Assembly: GCA_963675305.1 (NCBI GenBank)
Contig: OY776147.1
Span: 1,334,426-1,398,425 of the forward strand
Direction of reading: 5' to 3'
Source of the DNA: an uncultured Hyphomonas sp.
GTDB lineage: Bacteria; Pseudomonadota; Alphaproteobacteria; Caulobacterales; Hyphomonadaceae
DNA: 64,000 bases
Positions 42,189 to 50,878 of this stretch are shown here, one piece after another. Every line of letters begins with the position of its first letter. Positions within the stretch are counted from its first letter, which is position 1. Below the pieces are notes generated by a model. The model was given only the letters and a program-made list of their open reading frames with translations. It searched no databases and had not been told where the DNA came from. A program made the position numbers and the translations under genes.

Positions 42189-42421
42189 TGGCGCTTATTC
42201 GAAAATTTGAGAAAAAGGCGATGGATCGGAACTCAATCCACGATGAGATTGAGGCTTCATATACGTCATTTGAATTTGATGGCCGCGCCTTCGTTCAGAT
42301 AGATTCTTACGGACGCGCGGAGCGCGAAATCCCAGGCAAGAAGAGCCAGTCCATTCAACTCGACGAACAAGGTGCGAAGCAGCTCTACGAGATTTTGCGT
42401 TCGACCTTTGGATTCAAATGA
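42188..42421 (+). CDS. hypothetical 77-aa protein inserted between sufC and sufD
   Basis: Its ATG shares an A with the sufC TAA, and its TGA overlaps the sufD ATG. My hand count gives about 48% GC for 42191-42420, against about 70% in the last 60 nt of sufC. It is hydrophilic, with no Cys and no recognisable motif. Confidence 0.55.
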   Translation: MALIRKFEKKAMDRNSIHDEIEASYTSFEFDGRAFVQIDSYGRAEREIPGKKSQSIQLDEQGAKQLYEILRSTFGFK

Positions 42422-43644
42422 GTACAGCGCTGCGCGACCTTATTGCCAACCCCAACGCGGCTGAGCTGGAGCTCATCGCGCGCTACGGCATGCTGCCGGA
42501 AGATGCGCGCCGCGAGCGGGCCTTCGAAGCCTTTGCCAAGGGCGGCCTGCCGCATCGGCGCGTGGAAGGCTGGCACTGGACCGATTTCAAGGCGGCGCTT
42601 CCCGTTATCGAAAGCCCGTCAGACCCAGGCACCTCCGAAGACCCGCTGCCGACCGAAGGCGCGCTGGTGTTCAGCTTCACGCCCACCGGGTTCACCTGGC
42701 CGGAAGAGTTGCCGGAAGGCATACGCGTTCTGGCCAAACCGGAAGCACAGGCTTTCGGAGCCTCGGAAGACATGCCGCTCGGCGCCCTCGCTGCGGCGCT
42801 GGCGGGCGGCAAGACCAAGCCGGGCACGCTGATGATCGAGGTCACAGGGCAGGACCTGCCGCGGCTTCACTTCCGATTCTCCGGCGCCGGCGAAGCGAAC
42901 TTCGCACGGGTTCAGATCATCCTGCGTCCCGGTGCGAAACTGGCGATCAGCGAATCCTATCTCGGCGGCGCAGGCTTTACGGCGTCGCTGATGGAGTATT
43001 CGCTGCAGGCTGGCGCGGAGTTTTCGCGCACGGTCTACCAGCGGGCCGGCAAGGCTGAAGTGCTGGCCGCGACGGCAGCTGTCCAGCTGGACGAGGGCGC
43101 TGACTATCGCCAGACAACGCTGGCCTTTGGTAGCAAGCTCAGCCGTCTGGAAACCCGCGTGACCCATCAAGAGACAGGCGCAAAGGCGACGCTGAACGCC
43201 GCCTATCTCTGCGCGGCTGGCCATCATTCCGACATCACGACCGAAGTGCGCCACGGCGCGCCAGCCTGCGTCACGCGCCAGCTGACCAAGGGCGCGGTGC
43301 TGGATGGCGGACGCGGTGTCTATCAGGGCAAGTTCTTCGTGCCCCGCAATGTCGGCCAGAAGACTGACGCCGACATGCAGCACAATGCGCTGCTGCTGGA
43401 GGAAGGCGCCGAAGTTTTTGCGAAGCCCGAACTCGAAATCTATGCGGACGATGTGGAATGCGCGCACGGTAACACGTCCGGTGCGCTTGATGCGAACCAG
43501 ATGTTCTACATGCGCCAGCGCGGCATCGCCGAGGAAGAGGCGCGCGCCCTGTTGACCGAAGCCTTCATTGCAGAAGCGCTGGAAGAGGCGGGCGAGCTGG
43601 AAGACGTCTTGCGGGAGCAGGCGCGGGCATGGCTGGCGCGATGA
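42418..43644 (+). CDS. sufD: Fe-S cluster assembly protein SufD
   Basis: The 408-aa product has a SufD C-terminal beta-helix region (ELEIYADDVECAHGNTSGALD..QMFYMRQRGI). Confidence 0.9.
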   Translation: MSTALRDLIANPNAAELELIARYGMLPEDARRERAFEAFAKGGLPHRRVEGWHWTDFKAALPVIESPSDPGTSEDPLPTEGALVFSFTPTGFTWPEELPEGIRVLAKPEAQAFGASEDMPLGALAAALAGGKTKPGTLMIEVTGQDLPRLHFRFSGAGEANFARVQIILRPGAKLAISESYLGGAGFTASLMEYSLQAGAEFSRTVYQRAGKAEVLAATAAVQLDEGADYRQTTLAFGSKLSRLETRVTHQETGAKATLNAAYLCAAGHHSDITTEVRHGAPACVTRQLTKGAVLDGGRGVYQGKFFVPRNVGQKTDADMQHNALLLEEGAEVFAKPELEIYADDVECAHGNTSGALDANQMFYMRQRGIAEEEARALLTEAFIAEALEEAGELEDVLREQARAWLAR

Positions 43645-44864
43645 GCAGGGCATTGGACATCGACGCCATCCGGGCCGAATTCCCGATTCTGTCGCGGGAA
43701 GTGAACGGCTACCCGCTGGTCTATCTGGACAATGCGGCGAGTGCGCAAAAGCCGAACGCCGTGATCGACGCGGTCGCGAACCAGTCGCGTACCGCCTATG
43801 CCAATGTGCACCGCGGCATCCACACGCTGTCGAACGAGGCGACTGAGGCCTACGAAGCGGCGCGCGAAGCAGCGCGGGACTACCTGAACGCGCCGGCGCA
43901 CGAGAACATCATTTTCACCAAGGGCTCGACCGAGGGGATCAACCTTGTCGCGTCGGCGCTGGCGGCTGAGATCCAGCCGGGTGACGAGATCGTCCTGTCG
44001 ATCATGGAGCACCACTCCAACATCATCCCCTGGCACTTCCTGCGCGAACGCCACAGCGCCGTGCTGCGCTGGGTCGGCCTGACGGAAGATGGCTCGCTGG
44101 ACATGGCGGACTTTGCCGCCGCCATCGGGCCGAAGACGAAATTCGTCGCCATGACGCATATGTCCAATGTGCTGGGCACGGTGACCGACATGGCGGACAT
44201 TGTGCGCCTCGCCCATGACGCTGGCGCGCAGGTACTGGCCGATGGCAGCCAGGCCGCGGTTCATGTGCCGGTGGATGTGCAGGCGCTCGGCGTCGACTGG
44301 TATGTGATGACCGGGCACAAGCTGTACGGGCCGACGGGCATCGGGGTGCTCTACGGCACGGCCGAAGCGCTGGACCGGGCGCGGCCCTATCAGGGCGGCG
44401 GCGAGATGATCGAGATCGTCACCCGCGACCGCGTCACTTACAACACCGCGCCGCACAAATTCGAGGCTGGCACCCCGCCGATCCTGGAAGCGATTGGTCT
44501 TGGCGCAGCCCTCAATTGGATACGTAATCATCCCTCAGACGCTGTGCATGATCATGAGATGATCCTGTATAATCATGCCGTAGAGGGGCTTCGGGGCATC
44601 AATGGCCTGCGGATTCATGGCGAAGCACCGGGCAAGGGGGCCGTGCTGACTTTCAGCGTCGAAGGCGCGCATCCCCATGATATTGCTCAGATTTTGGACC
44701 GCTACGGCGTTGCCATCCGGGCCGGGCATCATTGTGCCCAGCCGCTGATGGAACACCTCGGCGTCCCCTCGACAGCCCGCGCCTCCTTCGCCATCTACAA
44801 CACCCTGGCCGAAGTCGACGCCTTCATAGAGGCGCTCGCCAAGGCCCGGAAAATGCTGGTATAG
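43629..44864 (+). CDS. sufS: cysteine desulfurase SufS
   Basis: It has group II desulfurase motifs (GHKLYGPTGIGVLYG, RAGHHCAQP). It overlaps the sufD end by 16 nt. Confidence 0.95.
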   Translation: MAGAMSRALDIDAIRAEFPILSREVNGYPLVYLDNAASAQKPNAVIDAVANQSRTAYANVHRGIHTLSNEATEAYEAAREAARDYLNAPAHENIIFTKGSTEGINLVASALAAEIQPGDEIVLSIMEHHSNIIPWHFLRERHSAVLRWVGLTEDGSLDMADFAAAIGPKTKFVAMTHMSNVLGTVTDMADIVRLAHDAGAQVLADGSQAAVHVPVDVQALGVDWYVMTGHKLYGPTGIGVLYGTAEALDRARPYQGGGEMIEIVTRDRVTYNTAPHKFEAGTPPILEAIGLGAALNWIRNHPSDAVHDHEMILYNHAVEGLRGINGLRIHGEAPGKGAVLTFSVEGAHPHDIAQILDRYGVAIRAGHHCAQPLMEHLGVPSTARASFAIYNTLAEVDAFIEALAKARKMLV

Positions 44865-44872
44865 GTGCCTCA

Positions 44873-45256
44873 ATGGCCGATGACATGACTTCCCGCGATG
44901 TGGACGCCGCTGCTGAAGCTGCAGCACCTTCAGCGATTCCGCAGGACGAACTGAACCGGATCACCGACGATCTGATTGCCGCGTTCAAGACCGTGTTCGA
45001 CCCGGAAATCCCGGTCGACATCTATGAGCTGGGCCTGATCTACAAGGTCGATATCGATGATGACCGCAAGGTCGACATCGAAATGACGCTGACTGCGCCA
45101 GGCTGTCCGGTGGCCGGTGACATGCCGGGCTGGATCGAAACCGCCGCCCGTACGGTAGAGGGCGTAAAGGATGTGGAAGTACAGCTGACCTTCGATCCGC
45201 CCTGGGACCCGTCCCGCATGTCCGATGAAGCGCGCCTTGCGCTGAACATGCTTTAA
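44873..45256 (+). CDS. SUF system Fe-S assembly protein, DUF59/SufT-like
   Basis: The 127-aa product from ATG 44873 has the DUF59 core (VFDPEIPVDIYELGLIY ... MTLTAPGCPVAG). The track start 44732 lies inside sufS. Confidence 0.85.
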   Translation: MADDMTSRDVDAAAEAAAPSAIPQDELNRITDDLIAAFKTVFDPEIPVDIYELGLIYKVDIDDDRKVDIEMTLTAPGCPVAGDMPGWIETAARTVEGVKDVEVQLTFDPPWDPSRMSDEARLALNML

Positions 45257-45291
45257 TTGAAACGAAGGGCCTCAGCGCCTATCTCTCTGTC

Positions 45292-45651
45292 ATGGCCAGA
45301 CGACCCAGACCCAAGCCTGTAAAGCTCTCAGACGCCGCTGCGGCGCGCGTGAAGGAGATCATGGAAGAACGCGGCGCAGGATACCTGCGCGTTGGCGTGA
45401 AGAATGGCGGCTGTGCCGGCATGGAATACGTCATGGACTACGCCATGGCGCCGGAACTGCTGGATGAAGTGGTCGAGGACAATGGCGTTACCATCCTGAT
45501 CGACGCCAAGGCTGTCCTTTTCCTGCTCGGCAGCGAGGTGGATTTCGAGGTCACCCCGTTGCATGAGAAGTTCGTGTTCAACAACCCGAACCAGACCGAT
45601 GCCTGCGGCTGCGGCGAGAGCGTGACGATCGTGCCGGTTGCGGCTGACTAA
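45292..45651 (+). CDS. A-type Fe-S carrier (IscA/SufA/ErpA family)
   Basis: The HesB/IscA fold has Cys in GGCAGMEY and a C-terminal CGCGES motif. Confidence 0.9.
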   Translation: MARRPRPKPVKLSDAAAARVKEIMEERGAGYLRVGVKNGGCAGMEYVMDYAMAPELLDEVVEDNGVTILIDAKAVLFLLGSEVDFEVTPLHEKFVFNNPNQTDACGCGESVTIVPVAAD

Positions 45652-45654
45652 CAG

Positions 45655-46272
45655 TCAATTTGTGTCCGTGGTTGCCACCACGCCGGCCTGTTCCACGACT
45701 GAGGGATCGAACTTCCCCCCATTTGTCGTTGGGCAGGTTTTTGCGAAGCTGACAAAGACAGCATCCTTGCCGGGCAGGGCGAGGTCATAGGTCTTGCCTT
45801 TGACTTTCAATCTAACATCGGAGCCTTGCACAACGGCGTTGTAGAGCTGTTTGGCGACGGCCTTGTTGTACGGAATGATCTTCGATGATGCGGGGTGGTA
45901 TTTGAACCGTTCCGACTTTCTCGAGCCATCGATCGTCAGGGTGACACTGACATTCAGCAGGTGCAGGCGTTCAGACGGGTTCTCTTCATATGTATTGTCC
46001 GGGTCCAGCTGGACCGCAGCATTGAGCGAATGCTGCCCCGTCGACATGGCCTGGCAATTGAAGATCAGAATCGGGCCGCTGCCTCCCGATGAATGGATCA
46101 GCCGGGAGAAGCTGTAGAAGTTGGCACTTTTACCGGCATCGCTGTCATCTACCCGGATGATGGAATCCGGATCCTGCACCCAAGCCAGAGGGGCTGGAGA
46201 TTCAGCCTGAGCGGCGCCCGCCAGAACCAGGGTGATTATGATCGCAAAAGTTGCGGGTGCTCTGAAAGCCAT
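45655..46272 (-). CDS. secreted hypothetical protein, paralog A (C-terminal FAKTC motif)
   Basis: The signal peptide is MAFRAPATFAIIITLVLAGAAQA, from ATG 46272 with GGAG 7 nt upstream. The C-terminal half aligns by eye with the next gene. Confidence 0.6.
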   Translation of the reverse strand: MAFRAPATFAIIITLVLAGAAQAESPAPLAWVQDPDSIIRVDDSDAGKSANFYSFSRLIHSSGGSGPILIFNCQAMSTGQHSLNAAVQLDPDNTYEENPSERLHLLNVSVTLTIDGSRKSERFKYHPASSKIIPYNKAVAKQLYNAVVQGSDVRLKVKGKTYDLALPGKDAVFVSFAKTCPTTNGGKFDPSVVEQAGVVATTDTN

Positions 46273-46337
46273 AGGCATGCTCCGTTCCATTTTCTGGAAA
46301 GGAGCATGCAATTACCAGTGGCGGCTTTCAATCGTGA

Positions 46338-46850
46338 TTATTGACTGTTGCGCAGGGCGCCGCAGGTCTTTGCGAAGGCTTTGAACGTGTCGTTCGGGGC
46401 AGGCAGTTGCGATTCGACCGTGCCTTCACGCTTGGTCTCGACGGTGAGAGGCTGACCCAGAACAGCCGCGTTGAAGACCCGGGCAGCGACATTGTGTGAC
46501 TTGGTTTCAATCGACTTGATTGCGGGGATGTACCGGAAGGTTGCGTCTGTTGCGGTTTCATCACCGACCTGGATCTTTGCCTTGGTCGAGCGGGAGTAGC
46601 TGGCATTGCGTTCCAGCAGCTCCGGCAAAGACGCTGCTTCCAGTGAGAGCATGGCTTTCAGCATGCCCTGGCCATCGCAGACCAGAAGGGCGCCGGTTTC
46701 GTCCGTGCCATTCGTGTAGATCGCGAGAGGTGCCGCCGCGTCCTGGCCTTTCCAGGAAGCCCATTCCGCCGCTGAGGCGGGCAGAGCAGATGCAAGACCG
46801 ACCATCGCAACGCAGGCAGCCGCCGGCAGGAAAGTCCGTTTGAAAGTCAT
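46338..46850 (-). CDS. secreted hypothetical protein, paralog B (C-terminal FAKTC motif)
   Basis: The signal peptide is MTFKRTFLPAAACVAMVGLASALPASA, from ATG 46850. It shares the two-Cys pattern and the FAKTC ending with paralog A. Confidence 0.6.
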   Translation of the reverse strand: MTFKRTFLPAAACVAMVGLASALPASAAEWASWKGQDAAAPLAIYTNGTDETGALLVCDGQGMLKAMLSLEAASLPELLERNASYSRSTKAKIQVGDETATDATFRYIPAIKSIETKSHNVAARVFNAAVLGQPLTVETKREGTVESQLPAPNDTFKAFAKTCGALRNSQ

Positions 46851-46967
46851 TTGTAAGATCCCGTTTTTGGCCCCCGGGATCACCTAAGCGATTATTGAAT
46901 ATCAATAATTGATCATCGAGTAAAGGAAAGAATTTCGCGTAACGGCCGAACGGTGCGGTGTTTCAAT

Positions 46968-47774
46968 CTAAGCCTTGGCGTACGCGGCCGGGTTTTCCGG
47001 AGTCGGCTTGGCTTCCATCCCTTTGGGTGGGTCGGGGATCAGCATGGCAGGTTTTATTGGCGTGCCGCGCCCCTCTGCGACAAGCTCGGCCGTGCGCTGT
47101 TCGATTACTTCAGTCAGACGTGCAAGAAACTCGTCCTTTGGCAGGTCCCACGGAATGGGATCCAGGAATTCGATGATGGCCGTGCCCGGATACTTTTTCT
47201 TGTCCTGTTGTTGCCAGTAGAGGCCGATATTCGTGGCCACCGGCACGACAGGGGCCTGCATGGCCTGCGCCATGTGCCAGACGCCAGGCTTGTAGCGGAA
47301 ATGAAAATCGACAGGTGCGAGGTGGCCTTCCGGGTAGATCAGGATGCGCCGGCCATCCTGCTTCGCGCGCTCCATACCTTCACGGAGCGAAGCCGCTTTG
47401 CGCTCGCCGCCGCCGCATGTGTCGATGACAATTGCGCCCAGCTTGCGCAGGATTCCACCCACGAGCGGGAATTTCTCAAGATGGTCGCCGGTGACAAAGG
47501 AGAGATTGTCGACCTCCGGATAGACGAGATATCCGTCGCCCCAGCTCTGATGCTTTGAGGCGAGAACGAACGCGCCTTCGGGAATCCTGCTCCGGCCACG
47601 CACTTCCTTGCGGATGCCTGCAACCAGGCGAAGGTTGAGATTCATCGCCCGCGTATAGCTGCGGATGATGGCCCTGACCGGCGTATGCCCCGGCAGAATG
47701 AGAAACGGCACCGAAGCAAGCACGTAGAAGACGGAAAGAAGGTAGTAGACAAATGTAAACAAGGCGGCGCGCAT
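46968..47774 (-). CDS. lysophospholipid (1-acyl-sn-glycerol-3-phosphate) acyltransferase family protein
   Basis: It has the HX4D motif (KHQSWGD), the EGH block (IYPEGH) and an N-terminal TM helix. Confidence 0.85.
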   Translation of the reverse strand: MRAALFTFVYYLLSVFYVLASVPFLILPGHTPVRAIIRSYTRAMNLNLRLVAGIRKEVRGRSRIPEGAFVLASKHQSWGDGYLVYPEVDNLSFVTGDHLEKFPLVGGILRKLGAIVIDTCGGGERKAASLREGMERAKQDGRRILIYPEGHLAPVDFHFRYKPGVWHMAQAMQAPVVPVATNIGLYWQQQDKKKYPGTAIIEFLDPIPWDLPKDEFLARLTEVIEQRTAELVAEGRGTPIKPAMLIPDPPKGMEAKPTPENPAAYAKA

Positions 47775-47807
47775 GGCGGGCTCCTTTTGTCCGGGTCTAT
47801 AGAGGCT

Positions 47808-48416
47808 TTAATCTGCTTTGAGCACGGCAACGACTGCCCGGGCCATCGCGCCGGCATGTTGGCCCAATGGGCCAGGCAGGCGATTGTAGATCTTGTTCTG
47901 TCCGGCCTGCATGACGATGCCGAGCGTCATTGCCGCTTTCAACGCCGGGTCGCCTTTCGGAATGACGCCGGCTTCCATCAGGCTTTCGATGATCCGTTCC
48001 GTAATCGAGACCGGGTCATCCTCACGCCGCTTGTCGTAGGGCAGGTAGCGGTTGAGTGAAACAAGATGAAAGGAAAAGAGGAGGAAGTCCTCGTCCGCCA
48101 GTTCACAATAGGCTTTGACGGCTGCGTGGACTTTATCTTCCAGAGTGCCGTCGCTGGAAAGTGCCTCCTGCATCATCTGGCCCAGGCGGTTATGCGTTTC
48201 CATGAACAGGCTGAGCGCCAGTTGGTCTTTGCCTTTGTAGTGCCGGTATAGGGCACCTTCAGACACGCCCGCTTTTTCCGCGATCTCACGGGTTGTGGCG
48301 GCATCGACGCCTTCGTGGACAAACAGTTTCAATGCGGCACGCTCAATTTTTGGGCGTGCATTTCTGGCACGCGGCTTTTTGGCGGGGGGCTTGGACGCTG
48401 TTGTATTTCTTGTCAT
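47808..48416 (-). CDS. TetR/AcrR family transcriptional regulator
   Basis: It has an N-terminal HTH (RAALKLFVHEGVDAATTREIAEKAGVSEGALYRHYKGKDQL). I prefer ATG 48416 (GGAG 7 nt upstream) over the track start 48449, which has no SD. Confidence 0.88.
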   Translation of the reverse strand: MTRNTTASKPPAKKPRARNARPKIERAALKLFVHEGVDAATTREIAEKAGVSEGALYRHYKGKDQLALSLFMETHNRLGQMMQEALSSDGTLEDKVHAAVKAYCELADEDFLLFSFHLVSLNRYLPYDKRREDDPVSITERIIESLMEAGVIPKGDPALKAAMTLGIVMQAGQNKIYNRLPGPLGQHAGAMARAVVAVLKAD

Positions 48417-48451
48417 AGGAGACTCCGAATTCGCCTCTTCGGTTAGCATAA

Positions 48452-48482
48452 GCGCAAAAATTGCGCAAGTGAGTATTCACTT
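48452..48482. promoter_or_regulatory. Two adjacent palindromes, candidate TetR operators
   Basis: GCGCAA-aaa-TTGCGC (48452-48466) is immediately followed by AAGTGA-gtat-TCACTT (48467-48482). They lie in the AT-rich divergent region between the TetR and glycosyltransferase genes. Confidence 0.5.
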
Positions 48483-48625
48483 ACCAATTTAATACTGTTT
48501 TTCTGGTGATTTTTCGGTCCATTTCCCTCATTTCGCAGCTTTACGTTTAAATTGTCACGTTTCTTGCCTATACAATGAGTGATTGGTCACAGGAACTCTG
48601 ACCTGAATTGTAACTGGGGGTGGTC

Positions 48626-49873
48626 ATGGGCGAAGCGCTGACCGAAAACAAACCTGTTCGAGTATCTGTCTTGCGTGACAGATACCCTACGGCATTCTCG
48701 AGCCCGAGGCATTCGCGGCACGACGTACGCCGCCGCTGGTTTGTCCCATTCAACAAGCTCCAGTCGAAGCTGGATGGCTTCACCCTGATGCCGCCTTGCG
48801 ATGGATCTGACTTTGTTCACGTCGTGAACCGGATTCCATTCGGCGCGCGGAAAATGATCTGTTCGTTTGAAAGCCACATTCCGCGCAAGTTCGGTCTCGC
48901 CGAGGATGCCATTCTCACGCGTATGATGCTGAACGAGATTACCAGCAACCGGTGCCGCCGCCTTGTCGGTATGTCTCACTTCGCGAAACGGACCGCGCTC
49001 GCGATGCACAAAGGCACGCCCGCCTATGACGTGATCAAGGCCAAGATGATGGTTCAGCATCCGAATGTTGAACTTGGCCAGGAAGGCGACCGGCTCAAAG
49101 GAGACGATGCGTCCAAGCTGGTGCTGACATTCGTCGGCGGCCACTTTGTGCGCAAAGGCGGATGCGTTGCCGTGCGGATCGCCGAAAAGGCGATCGAGCA
49201 GGGCCTTCCGATCGAGGTGAATATCGTTTCCTCCTTGAAAGCAGGGAAAGACGTATGGAGCGACCCTACGGATCCGGACTTCCTGAAGAAGTATCTGGAT
49301 CTCCTGGAGCTTCCCAACGTCAATCACGAGCCGGGCCTGCCGAACGAGAAAGCCCGGGAACTGATGGGCAGGTCGCACTTCACGCTCTTGCCGACTTTTG
49401 AGGATACGTTCGGGTTCTCTGCCATTGAATCCATGGCGGAGCACACGCCGGTGATCGGCACCAGCGTCTGCGCGCTGCCGGAAGTGATCTATCACGGCCG
49501 TAACGGTTACCTGCTTCGCCTTGAGCAGGATGAGCTTGGTGAATGGGTCCGCCCGGACAAGACCGAGCGCCACACCGAGGCTTATACGCAAATCTACCAC
49601 GATACGATCGAAATGCTTGCGGACGAGGCGCTCGAATACCTCAAGCCGTTGATCGGGAAGCCGGAGGCTTTGGCTGCTATGCGGGCCGACGCCCGGTACA
49701 CAGCCGAAAAGATGTTCAGCGCTGATGTTGCTGGCCGGCGCTGGGATGATCTGTACGAGCGCGTTTCGCGCGAATCTGTCCGGACACCTGCCGTGTGTGA
49801 CCCGGTCCTAGACCAGTCTTCCCCGGAATCTCCGGCATTCCTGTTCGAAGACCGGCCAATCGGCGGTCGTTAA
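48626..49873 (+). CDS. glycosyltransferase, GT4 (group 1) family
   Basis: It has a GT-B C-terminal EX7E-type region (EDTFGFSAIESMAEHTPVIGTSVCALPEVIYHGRNGYLL). Either ATG 48626 (GGGGG 5 nt upstream) or GTG 48620 could be the start. Spot GC counts are about 52-53%. Confidence 0.82.
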   Translation: MGEALTENKPVRVSVLRDRYPTAFSSPRHSRHDVRRRWFVPFNKLQSKLDGFTLMPPCDGSDFVHVVNRIPFGARKMICSFESHIPRKFGLAEDAILTRMMLNEITSNRCRRLVGMSHFAKRTALAMHKGTPAYDVIKAKMMVQHPNVELGQEGDRLKGDDASKLVLTFVGGHFVRKGGCVAVRIAEKAIEQGLPIEVNIVSSLKAGKDVWSDPTDPDFLKKYLDLLELPNVNHEPGLPNEKARELMGRSHFTLLPTFEDTFGFSAIESMAEHTPVIGTSVCALPEVIYHGRNGYLLRLEQDELGEWVRPDKTERHTEAYTQIYHDTIEMLADEALEYLKPLIGKPEALAAMRADARYTAEKMFSADVAGRRWDDLYERVSRESVRTPAVCDPVLDQSSPESPAFLFEDRPIGGR

Positions 49874-49989
49874 GTTCCGAGCTTCGCAGTTGATTTGACT
49901 GGCCGGGCGTTAATGCCCGGTGGTCAAAGGTGATTTGCTTTCAGGTATCGAGTGAGGCTTTCTGACGGAAAACGCCGGAGGAAACCCTG

Positions 49990-50538
49990 ATGAACACTGT
50001 GCCGTTTGCCGCAGCTGCTCTTTGCCTGACCGCTTGCGTGAGCAGTCCTCAAGCCGAAGCCGAAGCCGAAGCCGAAGCGCCTGTCGCCGCCTCTCCCGGC
50101 CCCTGCGATGCGCCGGTCTATCATGAGTTTGATTTCTGGATCGGGGAGTGGAGCGTTTATGACCTGGCGGGCAATCTCGCCGGCACAAATTCGATCCAGC
50201 CGGCAGAAAGTGGATGTCTTCTGATCGAACGCTGGACCAACACGGCAGGCGGAACCGGGCAGAGCTACAATTTCTACGATCCGGGCATCGGGAAATGGCG
50301 GCAGGTCTGGATCAGTGCGGCAGGTGTCATCGACTATGCCGGCGGCCTGACCGAGACCGGATCCATGTACCTGGAAGGGGAAATCCGAAATCGCGGGGCC
50401 GCTCCTGCCCCGTTCACCGGAGCGTGGACCGCCAATGCGGATGGGTCCGTCACCCAGCATTTCCGGCAACAGGATCCTGAGACCGGAGAATGGTCGGACT
50501 GGTTTGTCGGGCGCTACGTGCGAGCGGCCGAAGACTGA
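49990..50538 (+). CDS. hypothetical lipoprotein with (Ala-Glu)4 linker
   Basis: It has a signal peptide plus lipobox LTAC, then QAEAEAEAEAP, then a globular domain (FDFWIGEWSVYD...). I recognised no family. Confidence 0.65.
   Translation: MNTVPFAAAALCLTACVSSPQAEAEAEAEAPVAASPGPCDAPVYHEFDFWIGEWSVYDLAGNLAGTNSIQPAESGCLLIERWTNTAGGTGQSYNFYDPGIGKWRQVWISAAGVIDYAGGLTETGSMYLEGEIRNRGAAPAPFTGAWTANADGSVTQHFRQQDPETGEWSDWFVGRYVRAAED
50053..50076 (+). repeat. Tandem hexanucleotide repeat (GCCGAA)x4 within lipoprotein linker
   Basis: Four perfect GCCGAA units encode AEAEAEAE directly after the lipobox. Confidence 0.9.
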
Positions 50539-50539
50539 C

Positions 50540-50785
50540 CTAGGCCTGCAGGTCGATGCGGTAGCTTTCGATCACCGTGTTGGCGAGCAGCTTCTCGCAC
50601 ATCTCTTTGACGCGGGCATTGGCATCCGCTTCGCTGAGGCCGTCTTCCAGGTCGAGCTCGATCACCTTGCCGATACGTGCGCTTTCGACTTCCTTATAGC
50701 CCATGCGCGCCAGCGTGTCGGCAACCGCTTTGCCCTGCGGGTCGAGTACGCCGTTCTTGAGGGCAACATGCACGATGGCTTTCAT
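50540..50785 (-). CDS. purS: phosphoribosylformylglycinamidine synthase subunit PurS
   Basis: The 81-aa product reads MKAIVHVALKNGVLDPQGKAV, typical of PurS. Confidence 0.93.
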   Translation of the reverse strand: MKAIVHVALKNGVLDPQGKAVADTLARMGYKEVESARIGKVIELDLEDGLSEADANARVKEMCEKLLANTVIESYRIDLQA

Positions 50786-50878
50786 CCGGTGATCTCCTGG
50801 CGGGGGTACGAGTCGCGCTTCATCTAGCGCAATTGCCCGTCTATTGGAACATTCTCAGCAGTATCGGAGCGGCTTGAT

